In this document: piece by piece, positions 47,529 through 48,846 of the stretch
Layout of the letters: the number at the start of each line of letters is the position of its first letter
Position numbering within the stretch: the first letter of the stretch is position 1
Assembly (NCBI GenBank): GCA_037442105.1
Contig: JBBIQV010000020.1
Span: forward strand, 1-48,846
Source: Nitrospiraceae bacterium
Lineage (GTDB): Bacteria > Nitrospirota > Nitrospiria > Nitrospirales > Nitrospiraceae
DNA: 48,846 nt
Direction: 5' to 3'
The notes under the pieces: generated by a model
What the model was told of the DNA's origin: nothing
Database searches by the model: none
What the model saw: only the letters and a program-made list of their open reading frames with translations
Translations under genes and position numbers: made by a program

Positions 47529-48437
47529 ATGCCGCGACCACGGACTGTAGATGATTACCAGGACGGGATCACGGCGGCCTCCAGATCAGGCCTCGCCGAA
47601 GTGATGACAGCCCTCGGTGCCTATAGAGACGCGCTGGTCCTCATCGGCGGTTGGGCTCCGTATCTCATTCTGGAACAGCAGGGAGAGCAACGCGCTTTTC
47701 AGGCTAAGACTCCTCTGGATACGGGATTCGAGGTTGAGTTTGTCCACGTCGGGTCGATTGACATCGATTTCGTCGTGAATCCGGATCTGGTGAATGCAGA
47801 GAGCTACGCCACGATCGTAGAATTGTTGCTGGATCGCGGCTATACACCCTGCGCCGATTCTCTCTTCCAGTTCGAGAAGACCATTCGCTCCCCCCAAGAC
47901 GGCCAGGACTACCTGATCCGTGTGGACTTCCTCACGCCCAGGCCCTTGGCAGGCCAAGGGCGTGCCCATCGCCACCGGCAGGTTCAACGGGACCTCAAGG
48001 CTCGCACGTTGGAGGGTGTGGAAGTCGCGATCACTCACTACTTCTGGTATGAGCTGGAGGCTCGGCTTCCGGATGGAGCGAGTGCACTGGTGCGTCTCAA
48101 GGTGGCCGATCTCGTCGCCAGTCTGGCCCTGAAGGGAATCGCCATCGGGGAACGGTATGCGGAAAAGGATGCCTACGACATCTATGCGCTTTGTGCCCAC
48201 TCACGCGGAGGTCCCCAAACAGTAGCGGCGGCGCTCAAGCCTTTCATGAATGAGCAGCCTGTGCAAAAAGGCCTCCACTCAATCGCTCAGAAGTTCCGTG
48301 CCCTAAATGCCGAAGGTCCGACGTGGGTTGCGAAGTTTCTAGGCGGGGGCGATCCGGGAACAGAGACACGGCTCCGGCAGGATGCTTTCATGACGGTGCG
48401 TGAGATCTGTCGAGTCCTTGGAGCAGTTGCTGACTAA
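47529..48437 (+). CDS. Nucleotidyltransferase, AbiEii-like toxin (type IV TA)
   Basis: LIGGWA, GSIDIDF (DxD), VDFL, LK..A...R..EKDAYDI. Confidence 0.82.
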   Translation: MPRPRTVDDYQDGITAASRSGLAEVMTALGAYRDALVLIGGWAPYLILEQQGEQRAFQAKTPLDTGFEVEFVHVGSIDIDFVVNPDLVNAESYATIVELLLDRGYTPCADSLFQFEKTIRSPQDGQDYLIRVDFLTPRPLAGQGRAHRHRQVQRDLKARTLEGVEVAITHYFWYELEARLPDGASALVRLKVADLVASLALKGIAIGERYAEKDAYDIYALCAHSRGGPQTVAAALKPFMNEQPVQKGLHSIAQKFRALNAEGPTWVAKFLGGGDPGTETRLRQDAFMTVREICRVLGAVAD

Positions 48438-48643
48438 CGGGATCGGCAGTCTCGCACGAGCTGAGACTGCTGAAGCACATGAAAAGATCCTCGGTCCTTT
48501 TCTGGCTTTCCCGCGAGCATCCTGCGCTCCGATGGAAGGCGCTCAACGTGCGACAGCATCGCGAGGTGCAGGAAGAGGTGTAAGCGAAGACGCGAGAGCG
48601 TTGAAAGACTGTCGGTGCCGTTTTGACTTCGAACAGCGGGTGA

Positions 48644-48846
48644 CTAAGGCTTAGGAGCGAACTCATCGGCAGATCCCCCCAGCGGTCGCGTGCCCAGCTT
48701 GAGAAGAGCGCCGTTCGCTTCACTCGCCAGCGTGTAGACAGGCTTCTTCCATGAGATGAGAACCCGGCACAGTTCAAAAGTTTTGCTGTCCGGAGCGGCG
48801 TAGGGAACGACAATGTGTTCGGCCAGGGCGGCCACAACGCGATTGC
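48644..48846 (-). CDS. DprA/Smf (SLOG)-like protein, C-terminal part (5' end outside window)
   Basis: Frame open to the window edge with (R)NRVVAALAEHIVVPYA..SKT and N..LLKLG, resembling DprA RNRIIAGLS. Confidence 0.65.
   Translation of the reverse strand, partial: NRVVAALAEHIVVPYAAPDSKTFELCRVLISWKKPVYTLASEANGALLKLGTRPLGGSADEFAPKP

Overview
GC-rich bacterial chromosomal window; the gene repertoire suggests Nitrospira/Nitrospirota (inference). Positions 1-37.6 kb are mostly core genome: 3' end of tRNA-Arg(TCG), zwf, pal-like, PilZ proteins, msrA, ttcA, a zincin peptidase/ATP-grasp pair, vapBC, gpmA, argDFGH-lipoprotein-B12 radical SAM-lysA-dapA-dapB, fsa/tal, udg, a lytic transglycosylase, glycerate kinase, an RPH-like PEP-utilising enzyme, rmuC, panC and folK. 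From 37605, an IS1380 remnant that truncates a LuxR-type response regulator opens a mosaic defence region. It contains a DndA/IscS-like cysteine desulfurase and, convergently, dndC followed by a sulfur-binding-domain (SBD)-HNH nuclease, with no dndB/D/E in the window. Between them lies a stack of small toxin-antitoxin cassettes separated by duplicated gene ends. Further right are a Fic gene, a 3'-half tRNA-Lys(CTT) att site, an AbiEi/AbiEii-like type IV TA pair and a DprA/SLOG-like gene end. A MITE-like family with 19-21 bp terminal inverted repeats occurs three times; one copy carries nested hairpin insertions. Best candidate for an undescribed system: the DndA + DndC + SBD-HNH module with its 3'-end-duplicated cassette stack. 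Its functionality cannot be shown from sequence alone, and it may be a decayed dnd cluster.
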